Assembly: GCF_004010195.1 (NCBI RefSeq)
Contig: NC_057718.1
Span: 22,099,714 to 22,163,713, forward strand
Direction: 5' to 3'
From: Chiloscyllium plagiosum
Lineage: Eukaryota
DNA: 64,000 nucleotides
The notes beneath the pieces are model-generated. The model had not been told where the DNA came from, ran no database searches, and worked only from the letters and a program-made list of their open reading frames with translations. The position numbers were made by a program, and so were the translations under genes. Positions 13,401-24,859 of this stretch are shown one piece after another. Position 1 is the stretch's first letter. Every line of letters begins with the position of its first letter.

Positions 13401-14474
13401 TCCTCTATGCCAATTCAACCAATTCCATGTAAGTCAACATGTCCACAAAGGCTCTTCGCTTTCTCTGGCAAGTCAAACAAAAGTATGGATCCATTATGAT
13501 TGATCCGAAGCATCGCTGGATATCTTAGAGAATACTGGATCCCAAGCTATCTCAATCTCCTTTTGACACCATCGTAGGACTTCCTTTTCTGGACCATTGT
13601 CACCGAGAAGTCTTGATAAACATGACCCTGGAGCCGCCACATACCAATGCCCTTGGGGCCCTCCCCTGGACTCCAGAGGTTTCCACAACTCTCTGCTTGT
13701 CCTTATAATGATGGAACCTTATCAGGATTGGTTGTGGGCACTGATCAGCACCTGGCTTTCGTGCCATGATCTGGTGGGCTCTTTTAATTTTTATCCTTCC
13801 CTTCTCAACCTCCAAACAAAGGAACTCTGGGAACCACTTCTCCAAGAACTCCACCGGCTGCTCACCTTCCATCTCCTCCGGTGTGCCACCAACACGCAGG
13901 CTCTTTCTTCTGTCCCTGTTTTGGAGATCATTTACCAGATCCAACAGTCCCCAGACCTGTGTTTCCAGGGCTTCAATCCGGCTCATGGAGGAGTCAGTTT
14001 CTGCCTTTAACCCTGCAGCCTGGCGCTCGGGTTCATCAGTTCTTTTCCCAGGTCTTGCAGCATAGCAGATAGAGGAGCCAGCTTCTCTTTAACCTTTTCC
14101 TGGATCTGCTTCCCCAGGACCTTGCAAGATTTGGCCAGCTCCTCAACCAGGGTCTGGTGAGTAAGCCAGCCCGTTGCTTCAGAGGGCTGGGCTGTGGCCC
14201 TGGCCCCGGGTGAGTTTCCTCCTTTTCTCAGCAATCTCCAGCTGCAAGAACAAAGGCTTTTTTCGGGTTTCTAGCTCCTTTACTGTGTTTTTACTCATGG
14301 GTTCTAGCTATGTAGGGTCAGTGTTGCAGCTCAGACCTCAGCAAACATGATCCTAACAGGATGCCGCCATCTTGGATTGATCCAATTAATGCTTTTATGA
14401 ATTCTGCTTTCTGTATTATGTAATAAGATAGAAGTAAACATAAAATATTAAAACACTAAATTTTAATTCAGATC

Positions 14475-15710
14475 AACTGTGCCCCAACTGTGCCTGTTTC
14501 TTTGTGCACCAAGTGGGACATTCCTTGTTCCAATTGGGTCTCTTCCCACAATCCTTTCTGCAATATATTGATGACATCATTGGTGCTGCTTCCCTCTGGG
14601 GATTCCTCACCATTGTGGTTGACAGGACCCTTAGCTGTGTCCAACCTATCTCCCCCACTTCGGTCCTCACTCTTTCACTTCCCTCCCACAACACCAATAG
14701 GATCTTCCTGGTACTCATTTACTACCCCATCAGCATCTGCATCTAAAGAATCATAAGCTGCCATTTCTGCCACCTCTAGTGGGATGCCATCACCAGATAC
14801 ATTGTCAGCCTTCTGCAGGGAGTGTTCCCTCTGGGAAGCTTAGTCCAATCTTCCTCCATGCCCAACATCTGCCCATATTCCCGCAGCACCTTCCCATGCA
14901 ATCGCAGAAGATGTAACATCTGCCTGTTTACTTCCCCGATCTTATTATCCAAGTTCCAAGATGCGCCTTTCAGGTTAAGCAATGATTTACCTGCATTTCA
15001 CACAATCTAGTCAACTGTATTTGCTGCTTATAATGTAACCTCCTGTACATTGTGGAGATGAAGTGCAGACTGGACGATCACTTTACAGAACACCTACGTT
15101 CTATCTGTAAAAATGACACTGAGCTTCTTCTTGCCTGCCACTTAAACACGCTGTTGTCTGCCCAACATCTCTATTTTGGCCTTGCTGCAGTGGTCCAGTG
15201 CAAGCTCGAAGAACCAAAATCTCATTTTCTTCTTCTGGGCCCTGAAGCTTTCAGGACTGACTATTGAGTTCAATAATTTTAGAACCTGAACTCCTTCTTC
15301 TATGTCCTTTGCATATCCCCACACCCCAGATGCCATTATAACATGGGTTGCTTTTAGCACGGCCAAATCTTTTTCAGCTGCTTATGGTCCCAATTATCAG
15401 TTTTTCTTTCTCCCTGGCTCACCATTATCCATTCTTTTATTTGCCTAACTTTCTCCCTTTCTGAGTGCTGTCTCCGCCTAATCACTTCCCATTCCCCACC
15501 CTCTGTCTTCAGCATACATATCACCTTTCCCAAGTGATTAATAGCTCTAAAGAAGGGTTACTGAACCCGAAACATTAACTTGACTTTCTTTGCACTGATG
15601 AGAAAGTGAGGACTTTTGATGCTGGAGATCAGAATCAAAACGTGTAGTGCTGGAAAAGCACAGCAGGTCAGGCAGCATTCGAGGAGCAGGAGAGTTGATA
15701 TTTCAGGCAG
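14475..15710 (+). mobile_element. Decayed Penelope-like element (RT + GIY-YIG) with inverted terminal-repeat piece at 15600-15710
   Basis: FLQYIDDIIGA RT motif; CNLLYIVEMKCRLDDHFTEHLRSI endonuclease remnant; degenerate hammerhead CTAAAGAAGGGTTACTGAACCCGAAACATT at about 15546-15577. Confidence 0.85.
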
Positions 15711-15904
15711 TTTCTCCGGCAATTACTGTTTTTGATCAGTTCCTCGTTTTATGACTTTGAATTGCCATATACCTATTGCTGTCATATTCCTGTATTGTCA
15801 TACATCTATTGCTGAGCAACCTTGTTACATACAACCTTGTCAATTTTGTAACCATTCTGCAAAATGCAAAGGAGCAGTGAAACCTGGAGAGAGTACTTTA
15901 AAAT

Positions 15905-16062
15905 AAATGAACAATTAGTACACTGCTGCTGTGGACCTCGCCATGTGCAAATTGGCTGCAGTATTTCCTGTGTTATAACAGTTACCATGCTACAGCTGTA
16001 TTTGGCTGTGCATGCTTTGGGATATCCTAACGTTAGGAAAGAAGATACTTAAATGTGGATCT
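15905..16062 (+). mobile_element. DeuSINE-like 3' fragment
   Basis: ATGTGCAAATTGGCTGCAGTATTTCC...TTTGGGATATCCT resembles the 3' half of 47520-47900. Confidence 0.45.
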
Positions 16063-16634
16063 TAAGAACTGTGTTTTTCTTCTCATGTCCCACTTTTTCG
16101 GGTTTCCATTCATACCTGGGTCCATTCTGCAGTCGGAATGGAGTTCTGCCACATTTTTCCTGAAACTGATCCATCCACTAGTTGGTACTAATTATTCCTT
16201 CATTGGGCATCTTTGAATTCTGCCTCTGCATTATTTTTCAGGCCCATCTCATGTTAAGTAAGCAAATTTGCTCTTGGACAGATACAGCAGAAAACCAATT
16301 AAAGTCTATTCACTGGTGTTTCTGGACAGCAATTGAGCTGTGAACAGCTCTGAGGACATTCCTGGCCACTATTTATTTCTGCTGACACTTTGCTCAAATC
16401 AACAAACACTGCATATTTTGTCGGCACAGCAGAAAGATTGAAAGGTAAATATTATCGTGCTGTGCTGAGGGTAGCTTTGAAATTACAGTATAATTTATAC
16501 CAGCAATAGCTTACAGTTTTATTAAAATAATGTGAGAAAACTCCATCAGGTCCACAATCCTTCTTCATTGTATATGTTTGATGCAAATTATATTCAAATC
16601 ATTTGGTACAACTTTATATTACATTTTAGTATCA

Positions 16635-17232
16635 CATTAAAGGGCAGGGATGTCTTGCTGCAATTGTGCAGAGCCTTGACTGCACCTGGAGTATAATCAG
16701 AGGAAAGATGTTCTGGTCATGGAGGGAATGCAACAAAGGTTTACCAGACTGATGTCTGGGATGGCAGGACTGGCATATGGGGGAAACTGGATCAATGGGG
16801 ACTATATTCACTGGGGTTTAGAAGAATGGGTAGGGATGGTGGGATCTCATAGAAACCTCTCGAATTCTGACAGAGCCAGTCAGGGTAAGTATAGGTGGGA
16901 CGTTCCTAATCCAGATGAATGGCTAATCCAGAGCCAGAGGTCACAGTGTGAGGATATGGGATAGGCAATTTAGGACTGAGATAAGGAGAAATTTCTTCAG
17001 CCAGAGAGTGGTGAACTTGTGAACTTTTCTGCCATAGAAAGCATTTGAGGCCTAAACGTTGCTTTAGAGAAATACTAGATATCATTTTTAGGGCTAAAGG
17101 GATCAAAGGGTATGTGGAGAAAGTGGGAACAGGGTACTGAGTTGGATGATCAGCCATGGCCATACTAAATGATGGATCAGACTTGAAGGGCTAAATGGCC
17201 TGTTACTCCTTCTAGTTTATATGTTTCCATGT
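16635..17232 (+). mobile_element. CR1 LINE 3' fragment
   Basis: EGMQQRFTRLMSGMAGL; TTCTTCAGCCAGAGAGTGGTGAAC; TTGAAGGGCTAAATGGCCT 3' UTR. Confidence 0.85.
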
Positions 17233-17246
17233 TGCGCCCATTGATA

Positions 17247-17450
17247 TACGGTCAGTTCTTCTATAACCCGGTGGTCGCGTTCTTGTGCAACCCCGCTTAA
17301 TAGAAGAATTGTGCTTTAGAATCAGCATTTAACGTATTGGTGCTGTAATTGCTTTAAGTGTTCACGCTATAGAAACAACATCCCCAATTTGTCACTCGTG
17401 TTACAGCACATTTGTGTTGACAAAACGCACGTTATAACAGAACAATTTGT
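17247..17450. mobile_element. Tc1/mariner (Tigger-like) MITE, degraded
   Basis: Inverted ends TACGGTCAGTTCTTCTATAAC / GTTATAACAGAACAATTTGTG. Confidence 0.5.
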
Positions 17451-17644
17451 GACTACATTTTTGAAATAGTTAGTCAGTCCACCTCGAAGTAGTCTCTTCT
17501 CACCATCACTGTTGTGTGTTGACAAATTGTGACTATGTACTGAATGAAGATAAACATATGTACATGTGATTTAGGAGCAGGAATATGCTACTTGGCCTCA
17601 TGAGCCTGTTGCACCATTTAAAGTTATTATGGTTGTGAACTGAT

Positions 17645-18195
17645 TGGACCTCAGTTGGTTGGATGGCTAGTCTGTAATGCAGAGTGATGTCAACAACATG
17701 CATTCAATTCCTGTACTGTCTGAGGTTACCATGAAAGTCCTGCTTTCTTGACCTTTCCCCTTGCCTGAATGTTTAGGTTACCAGACTGATGTCTGGGATG
17801 GCAGGACTGACATATGGTTCACATATGTGTGGGCGGCACGGTGGCCCAGTGGTTAGCACTGCTGCCTCACAGCTCCAGAGACCTGGGTTCAATTCCCGCC
17901 TCAGGCGACTGACTGTGTGGAGTTTGCACGTTCTCCCCGTGTCGGCGTGGGTTTCCTCCGGGTGCTCCGGTTTCCTCCCACATTCCAAAGATGTGCAGGT
18001 TAGGTGAATTGGCCATGCTAAATTGCCCCTAGTGTTAGGTAAGGGGCAAATGTAGGGGTATGGGTGGGTTGTGCTTCGGCGGGGCGGTGTGGACTTGTTG
18101 GGCCGAAGGGCCTGTTTCCACACTGTAAGTAATCTAATCTAATCTAATCTAATCTGACTGTCAGTCATCTGAGAGCATGGGACAATGGCACCTTT
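17645..18195 (+). mobile_element. tRNA-derived SINE family 2, interrupted by a HE1 copy
   Basis: CTCAGTTGGTTGGATGGCTAG...TTCAATTCCTG...GAGGTTACCATGAA; short remainder GGGACAATGGCACCTTT after the HE1 tail. Confidence 0.6.
17831..18155 (+). mobile_element. HE1-type SINE, young copy
   Basis: GGGCGGCACGGTGGCCCAGTGGTTAGCACTGCTGCCTCACAG, B box GGTTCAATTCCC, CR1-like tail GGGCCGAAGGGCCTGTTTCCACACTGTA, (TAATC)n. Confidence 0.93.
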
Positions 18196-18741
18196 CATGG
18201 CTTTTTGGAGCCCCCATAGCACCCAGGATATTTATGGAACCCAAACTCCAACGCTTAGCTGCCTTCTAACTTCTAAAGCAAATACCTGCTGTCCAAAAGT
18301 ACAAAGCCATCCAATTGCTCTTGACTTCTAACTGAGTTTCCAACTACACAGTATAGTTCAGTTACTTTTTCAATGGTCCAGCTAAACAGATCTTTCTTGC
18401 ATGAAGTTTGTTTCTGTCCCCATCTGGCTTCTTCTCCAACAATCTGCAATCTGTAAATGCAATTCAATGACTCAAGGACTGTTTTGAATGACCTATTGTA
18501 AACCTTGCAACAAGCCCTTCCCTTGTCTGTATGCAACATTGGATGTAATTAATATTTTGTAGCATTCAAGTATAGCAATCAGCAGAGGAGTTAACATGTG
18601 ACAACCTTTTGGTATTGTCTGCCACTGAATATAACAATGTTCACTGAATGCTGGCTGCATCAGCACACAAAAAGGTAGCCTAAAAAAACACACTTTATAC
18701 TTCAATGTTTTGTTATTTAAATAACATACTATTTTTGCAGT

Positions 18742-18980
18742 TTACAGGTGTTTCACCCTCCCCCCCACCCATATCCACGGGTGGTACGTTCCAAGACCTA
18801 CCACGAATGCCTGCAACCGAGGATAGTAGTGAACCTTATCATTAAAATGGGAAATTTACCTCCCCGGCAGCCCCCTGGGATTATTTCTGGAATGTTCCAT
18901 GTAGTATTTTCGGGCCGTGTTAAACAGCGGATAACTGAAATCGTGTAAACAGAATCCGCAGATACAGGGATTCTAATGTA
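18742..18980. mobile_element. Tigger/MER2-like MITE
   Basis: TA-CAG..CATATCCACGGG..TTCCAAGACC at left; GCGGATAACTGAAA..CCGCAGATACAGGG..TG-TA at right. Confidence 0.55.
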
Positions 18981-18984
18981 CTTA

Positions 18985-20400
18985 CCAAAGTGTACAAGTT
19001 CACATTTTTCCTGCATTATACACAATCTGTCAAATGTTTGCCTAATTACTTTATCTATATCTCGGTATAGATCATAAGTTATTGAGGACCAAACACTAAT
19101 TGTCATTAACTTGAAAATGCCCTATTTATGCACACTCTTTGCTTCCTGTTAGCCAAAAAATCCTCAATTTATGATATTCCTACACCATGAGCTCTTAATT
19201 TCAGAAATAACCATTGTGGCACCTTGTGAAATAGCTTCCAGAAAGTCAAACACAGTACTTCAATTATATTGAGACAAAAAAAAGCTGCAGTTACTGGAAT
19301 CCAAAATAGATAAACAAGAGGATGTACACAACAAGCCAGGCATCATCAGGAGGTGGAGAAGTCAATGTTTCAGCAATTCTTCAGTCCTGAAGAAGGGTTA
19401 ATACATGAAATGTTGACTTCTCCACCTCTTGATGCTGCCTGGCTTGTTGCGTTCGTCCAGTCTCCTGTTTGTCTACACAATTGTATCTACTGTTTCAGCA
19501 GTCATTTTTTGTAACATCCTCAGACAAAGTCCATCAGTGAAAGGGATATTAGTTTTAACTATTTTCTCGGCATACTTTTCCCAGACATTGTGTTTCCTCC
19601 CTTCCTTTCACAGTTTGATCCATAATTATTTCTAGTAAGTTATTTTTGTTCACTTCAATTCATGTGCCATTTCCCTATACTCCATTGTTAATTCCCTAAA
19701 TATTCACTCTAGAGGAACAATGTTCATTTTACTTAGTGTGCTCACTTTACTTACTCTTTTTCTTAATAAAGTCTGTAGAAACTTTTCCTTTCTGCTTTTA
19801 TATTTATATCTAGCTTTTTGTCATGCACTAATTCCTCATTCCTTATTAATCTTGTAGTTATTCTTTGCTGTTTAGTATGAACTATCTAATTTTCTGAACT
19901 GTTATTCATTTTTGCGGAATTATATTTTGTTTCTACATTAACTTCCTTAGTTCACCATGGTTAGTGTGTCCTTCCATTAGAGTCTTTCATTTTCATTAGA
20001 ATGGATCATTCCTGAGCAATCTGATCTATCTTAAGTGTCTGTTACTCTGTCTTATCAACCTATCCCTTAACGTAGTTAAGTTCACTTTAGTCATCTCTCT
20101 CTTCATGCTTCATCATTGTCGTTGTTTAAATGTAAAATACTAGTCTTAGGTCCACTCTTCTTTCCCTTTCACTGAATGTGTCATTCAATCATTTTATGAT
20201 TGCTGTTACTTAGAGATGCCTTTACAATGAGATCATTAAATAAGCCTGTCTCTTTTGTTGGTCCGAGACACATGCTGCTCTGTGAAATTGTCTAACAAAA
20301 GCTCAAGGAGCTCACATCCTCCAGTTTATTTTCTTACAAATATTATTTGTTCAATCTATGTGTAGATTAAAATCACTTTTCACTGATGCCCAACAATAGT
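18985..20400 (-). mobile_element. Highly decayed CR1 ORF2 remnant, interrupted at 19280-19480
   Basis: Minus-strand EKCELVHFGK; TGTGGCACCTTGTGAAATAGCTTCC; T-rich antisense CR1 composition. Confidence 0.5.
19280..19478. mobile_element. PLE terminal-repeat fold-back (family A variant) with central hammerhead
   Basis: Inverted arms CAAGCCAGGCATCATCAGGAGGTGGAGAAGTCAA / TTGACTTCTCCACCTCTTGATGCTGCCTGGCTTG; core AGTC-CTGAAGA..GAAATGTT-GACT. Confidence 0.8.
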
Positions 20401-20411
20401 TTCACTATACT

Positions 20412-21503
20412 CCCAACTTCAGAGAAATGTTACACTTTATCCATGTCCATGATGACGGACCTTTCTTTTCTAAATTTAAACAAAGAGTACTGTTCCTGAA
20501 GAGTTATTAAATGGCTTTTTAATTATGAATGTAACAGTGTGATGTGGGATAAGAACTTTCAGTACAAAGTAGCTTTATTAACATTATGGAATTATGATGC
20601 TTTAAATTGATCTGATGCTCTGAGTTTCCCTCTTTCCCTTTTTAAAATAGATAAATTAAAGCTCTATTAAGAGACAAAGCATTCTCGCCATTGTTGGTCT
20701 CTGCTGTTACATGACGAATGGATAAACTTAAGAGCTGCTCCTGTTCCAGTTATTTAATTTGTCATTTGAACATATACTTTTTTTTCTTTCCACACTGTAG
20801 GGAATCTAAAAAAAAAAGTATGTGTTCAAATGACAAATTAAATAACTGGAACAGGAGCAGCTCTTAAGTTTATCCGCTTTATTAACATTATGGAATTATG
20901 ATGCTTTAAATTGATCTGCTGCTCTGAGTTTCCCTCTTTCCCTTTCTAAAATAGATAAATTAAAGCTCTATTAAGAGACAAAGCATTCTCGGCATTGTTG
21001 GTCTCTGCTGTTACATGACGAATGGATAAACTTAAGAGCTGCTCCTGTTCCAGTTATTTAATTTGTCATTTGAACGTATACTTTTTTTTGTTTCCGCACT
21101 GTAGGGAATCTAAAAAAAGTATGTGTTCAAATGACAAATTAAATAACTGGAACAGGAGCAGCTCTTAAGTTTATCCATGTTGCATTTCACTAAAACTTCA
21201 TCATGTAACAGCAGAGACCAACAATGCCCAGAATGTTTTGTCTCTTAATAGAGCTTTAATTTATCTATTTTAAAAAGGGAAAGAGGGCAACTCAGAGCAG
21301 CAGATCAATTTAAAGCATCATAATTCCATAATGTTAATAAAGCTACTTTGTACTGAAAGTTCTTATCCCACATCACACTGTTACATTCATAATTAAAAAG
21401 CCATTTAATAACTCTTCAGGAACAGTACTCTTTGTTTAAATTTAGAAAAGAAAGGTCCGTCATCATGGACATGGATGAAGTGTAACATTTCTCTGAAGTT
21501 GGG
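20412..21503. repeat. 1.1-kb palindrome with internal ~300-bp tandem duplication
   Basis: 20412 CCCAACTTCAGAGAAATG... is the reverse complement of ...CATTTCTCTGAAGTTGGG 21503; 20572-20875 is repeated at 20876-21176. Confidence 0.95.
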
Positions 21504-22804
21504 CAATGGTTATTTGGAGAATGGTCTGTACTGTAGCTCTTTATTGTAGGTCAAGGTACTTTGAAGTTTAAAACTGACCTTTTTACTGAGATGTAATAGA
21601 TCAGACATCAAGGGAAAATATTGACCTTTATTAATATTGACACACCTGTCTGTAGAACAGCGATTTTCTTTTTAATAATGTATTGTGTACTTTTTAAATA
21701 AAAGTATAATGAAGTGGTTGTGTCTGAGTCTGGCTCTGGCACAAGAACAGCACTTCTTACTAGGGAAGGCATTTTATTTGTCAGGGTAAAACATGCAGTA
21801 AATGTTTCTGTGTCATCCGGGTTTCCCATTTGTTCATTCGTAAAGATACCACTTATTATATCATTGACAGTAGTTGTACTTCCTATGACAGTTGGTGCAA
21901 CTGCAAAGTAGGCCATAGGAATTGACCTAATAATCTCCAAGGCCAATGATCTCTGTAGAGTTAATCATTCTTTCTGATCTAGAGTTGCATTTATTATGAA
22001 AGAAAATAACTGATTTAATTATCTTCACATTGCTTATGATTAGTTTATGTCTTTCTTTTTATCGGTGAGGTAATTCAATTTGTGCTGATCAAACTGTAGG
22101 AGATCAAAACATTTTTCTCACTTTTTTAATACTATTGTGGATCAAGGACTCCAGGATCCTTATAGAAGCCTGATACACTGAAGCAACTGTATATCTCAAC
22201 AACAACTTAAGAAAATCATTTCGTACAGCACAAATGTGACAGCTTTGTTATCTAGGTTAGTTATTTTTATGACTTTAATTGTCCAGCTGCTGCCAAGTTT
22301 GTAATTTGCTACTTTGAACTCACCCACTTGTGTTTGGACTGAGATTCCACATCCATTTCACTGAGAGGCCTTACAACAAGTACAGATAGGAAACTGATGT
22401 CACATTAATCTAGGCTGAACTTCCAGTGACTGCACATATATAATTAAAAGCAGAAATCAGGACATTGCTGATTGAATTGTCTTGCTGCGCCAGAAGTTTC
22501 ACTCGGCTAACATCTCTCTGAGAGACTTGCAGTTGGAACACATGGAATGTATGAATGTGTACTTTGCCACTGGACACCCGTTAAAAAAAATCTAATCTAG
22601 AGTGAGTGGATATTAACTACATGATGAATTGTAAATAGTATCAACAACTACTCTGGCATTGAAAATGAACCTTTCCAGTGTGGTCTCTCATTTTTTCAGA
22701 TTTCCATTATAATTGAATATTGAAATTAATAAAAAATAGTAAATAATCATTTTTATTTCATATCTGCCTCTCATTTATCTCGCTTGCTTTATTCTATCTT
22801 TCTA

Positions 22805-23116
22805 TGGTGGCACAGTGGTTAGCACTGCTGCCTCACAGCACCAGAGACCAGGGTTCAATTCCCGCCTCAGGTAACTCTCTGTGTGGAGTTTGCACATTCT
22901 CCCCGTGTCTGCGTGGGTTTCCTCCAGGTGCTCCGGTTTCCTTCCACAATCCAAAAATGTGCAGGTTAGGTGAATAGGCCATGCTAAATTGCCCGTAGTG
23001 TTAGGTGAAGGGGTAAATGTAGGGGAATGGGTTTGGGTGGGTTGCGCTTTGGCGGGTCGGTGTGGACTTGTTGGGCCGAAGGGCCTGTTTCCACACTGTA
23101 AGTAATCTAATCTAAT
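22805..23116 (+). mobile_element. HE1-type SINE
   Basis: Close match to 17831-18155 including (TAATC)n tail. Confidence 0.93.
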
Positions 23117-24859
23117 TTGATTCCTGTACATGATTTGACATTGAACTAATTATTTTAAGGAAAATTTCCAGGTTTAAGCTCAATAATACTCTTTAAGAAT
23201 TCTTCAGACTGAGTGGTCAAGGTGATACGTAGTTGCTTGCTATGTTCACATGGTCACCAGACCCTCTGTAGAGAATGAGGCACCAAAATAGATTTCCAAT
23301 CCTCTTAGGTTTTATGACAAAACCCACAGTGATTATATGCACAAGTGTAAAGTATTCATTCACTGCTCCTTTGAACCAATTTCTCAAATATGCTAACATG
23401 GGAATATACTGTGTACAAACTGAATACCTGTTTTGGATTAATTTGAATGATGAATTTGTACTGAAACAATAAAATTATGTATGCTAGGTTCAAGAAGGAA
23501 CCCATATGAACAGGATATCACCTAAATTGCTTGTGATGTCTAGCTGTATTTTATTACTGGTTGCAATCAATATTTACTGCAGTAGGTCAATAGACATTAA
23601 CGTAAACTAAATCAGTCAGGCCCAATAGGAACCTAGCTATAAAAATTCTAACTGTATAACTTTAGGATTAGGATTTCAGTGAAATTCCTAGAATAAGTGA
23701 GAAAAAATGCTGCCTTTTACAGCAATCCCCTTACTTACTGGACCAATTTACAAATGCTAGTAATTCCTTGGAATCTGTTTTAAACATGAAAGTAATGAAA
23801 TATTTTACTGATTGAGAGCTCACTGGTACCAAGCTGTGGTGATCACAGTGGTGTTAATTAATTAAACTCAGTCCTGCCATGGATTGTGATGACAAGTGGA
23901 GTTACGGTAATTAGCTCTTGAGCATTTTTGGTGACTGAGCAAACACATTATGGCTAGTGCATGTTATGCCATTAACCATTCTTGCTAAAATTTCTTTGAA
24001 TTTTAGCAGCTCAGAATTTTGGGGTGAAGTGTTGAGTTGTACATTTTCAGAAATTTACACTTGTTGTCTAATAAAAGAGAGAAGATTTTTTATAAATCCC
24101 ATTCAATACACATTACACTCAGTTTAGGTTGCATTTTTATGGTTGAAAGGATTTTTTGTTGCTCGACAGGACTGGGATTAGTTCTCTGCAGAGATCTGCA
24201 GTATTCTTATGTAATCTGATTGATCAGAAGAAGCAGTGTGCTGGATGTAAAAGGCTGATAGAGAGCATGCGGGTGCAGCAAGCAAACTGCAGTAGTTTCT
24301 GTGAAAAATATCCTATCACTGGAGATATTCAGGAATTAATTATCTTTTGTGCGGCATTATCTTTTACTTTTGCAGCACTAACTGGTTGGCTTTAAGCTAT
24401 CAAAGCAGGCGAGATGAAATAAGTATCTGAGTGGCGGGAGTTTACTAGTTTAGAAGCCATTTGATGGCTTTTTTTCTTTAATGGTAATTTGGAACATTTT
24501 CTGACAATACAGTTTCTATATATGTGAAATAAACTTACTAGAAGCCAAATCACGAATGTATGCGATTCCTTGGAATCAGATTTGAACATGAAAGGCCCAA
24601 TTTGTCACATACTTTGAAAGAAACTTCAGTGACTGTGCAGAAATAGGTTTCAGAGGATAAACTCTCACCCCGTTCCTTGCTTTTGTTTGGGACTGCTAAG
24701 CAAATGGCTGACACTACTGGTCTAAATGCCCAGTGCAAACTTTTATTTAACTTGGCAGTGTAAGGTCCCCATTTCATTTACTATCCCCTGGCAGGTGAGC
24801 TGAATTGGGAAAATCTTCGGGAACATTAAAGTCAGTAGGAGGATAGTTGAAGAAAGAAA

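Larger units (their letters stand above)
8071..14382 (-). mobile_element. Near full-length decayed L1-clade LINE (ORF1 + APE-RT ORF2) with nested insertions
   Basis: ORF1-like RRKSLRVGG..IKRAHQ..PILIRFHHYKDK (13600-13986); APE TWNIKW, VALFQDTHL, IVGGDFN, TRIDLFL (12239-12898); RT GKAPGPDG, LDAEKASDRVEW, RQDCPLSP, LYTDDVL; C-terminal CLKC..CLWSC; 5' CAAGATGGCGGC; A-rich tail; TSD CAAATAATGCTTTT (8057-8070) / CAATTAATGCTTTT (14383-14396). Confidence 0.93.

Noticed and set aside
17831..17900. tRNA gene
   Set aside because: tRNA-like A/B boxes are the head of a multicopy SINE; no full cloverleaf
20412..21503. Palindrome as viral hairpin telomere or CRISPR-like array
   Set aside because: No adjacent viral ORFs and no repeat-spacer periodicity; the loop matches a retroposon tail
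21608..21946. 112-aa minus-strand ORF as a protein-coding gene
   Set aside because: Non-ATG start, no recognisable domain, AT-rich tail; kept only as a weak exon candidate
24156..24395. Cys-containing ORF (CAGCKR) as zinc finger or LIM exon
   Set aside because: Ligand spacing does not fit a known motif and there are no convincing splice sites
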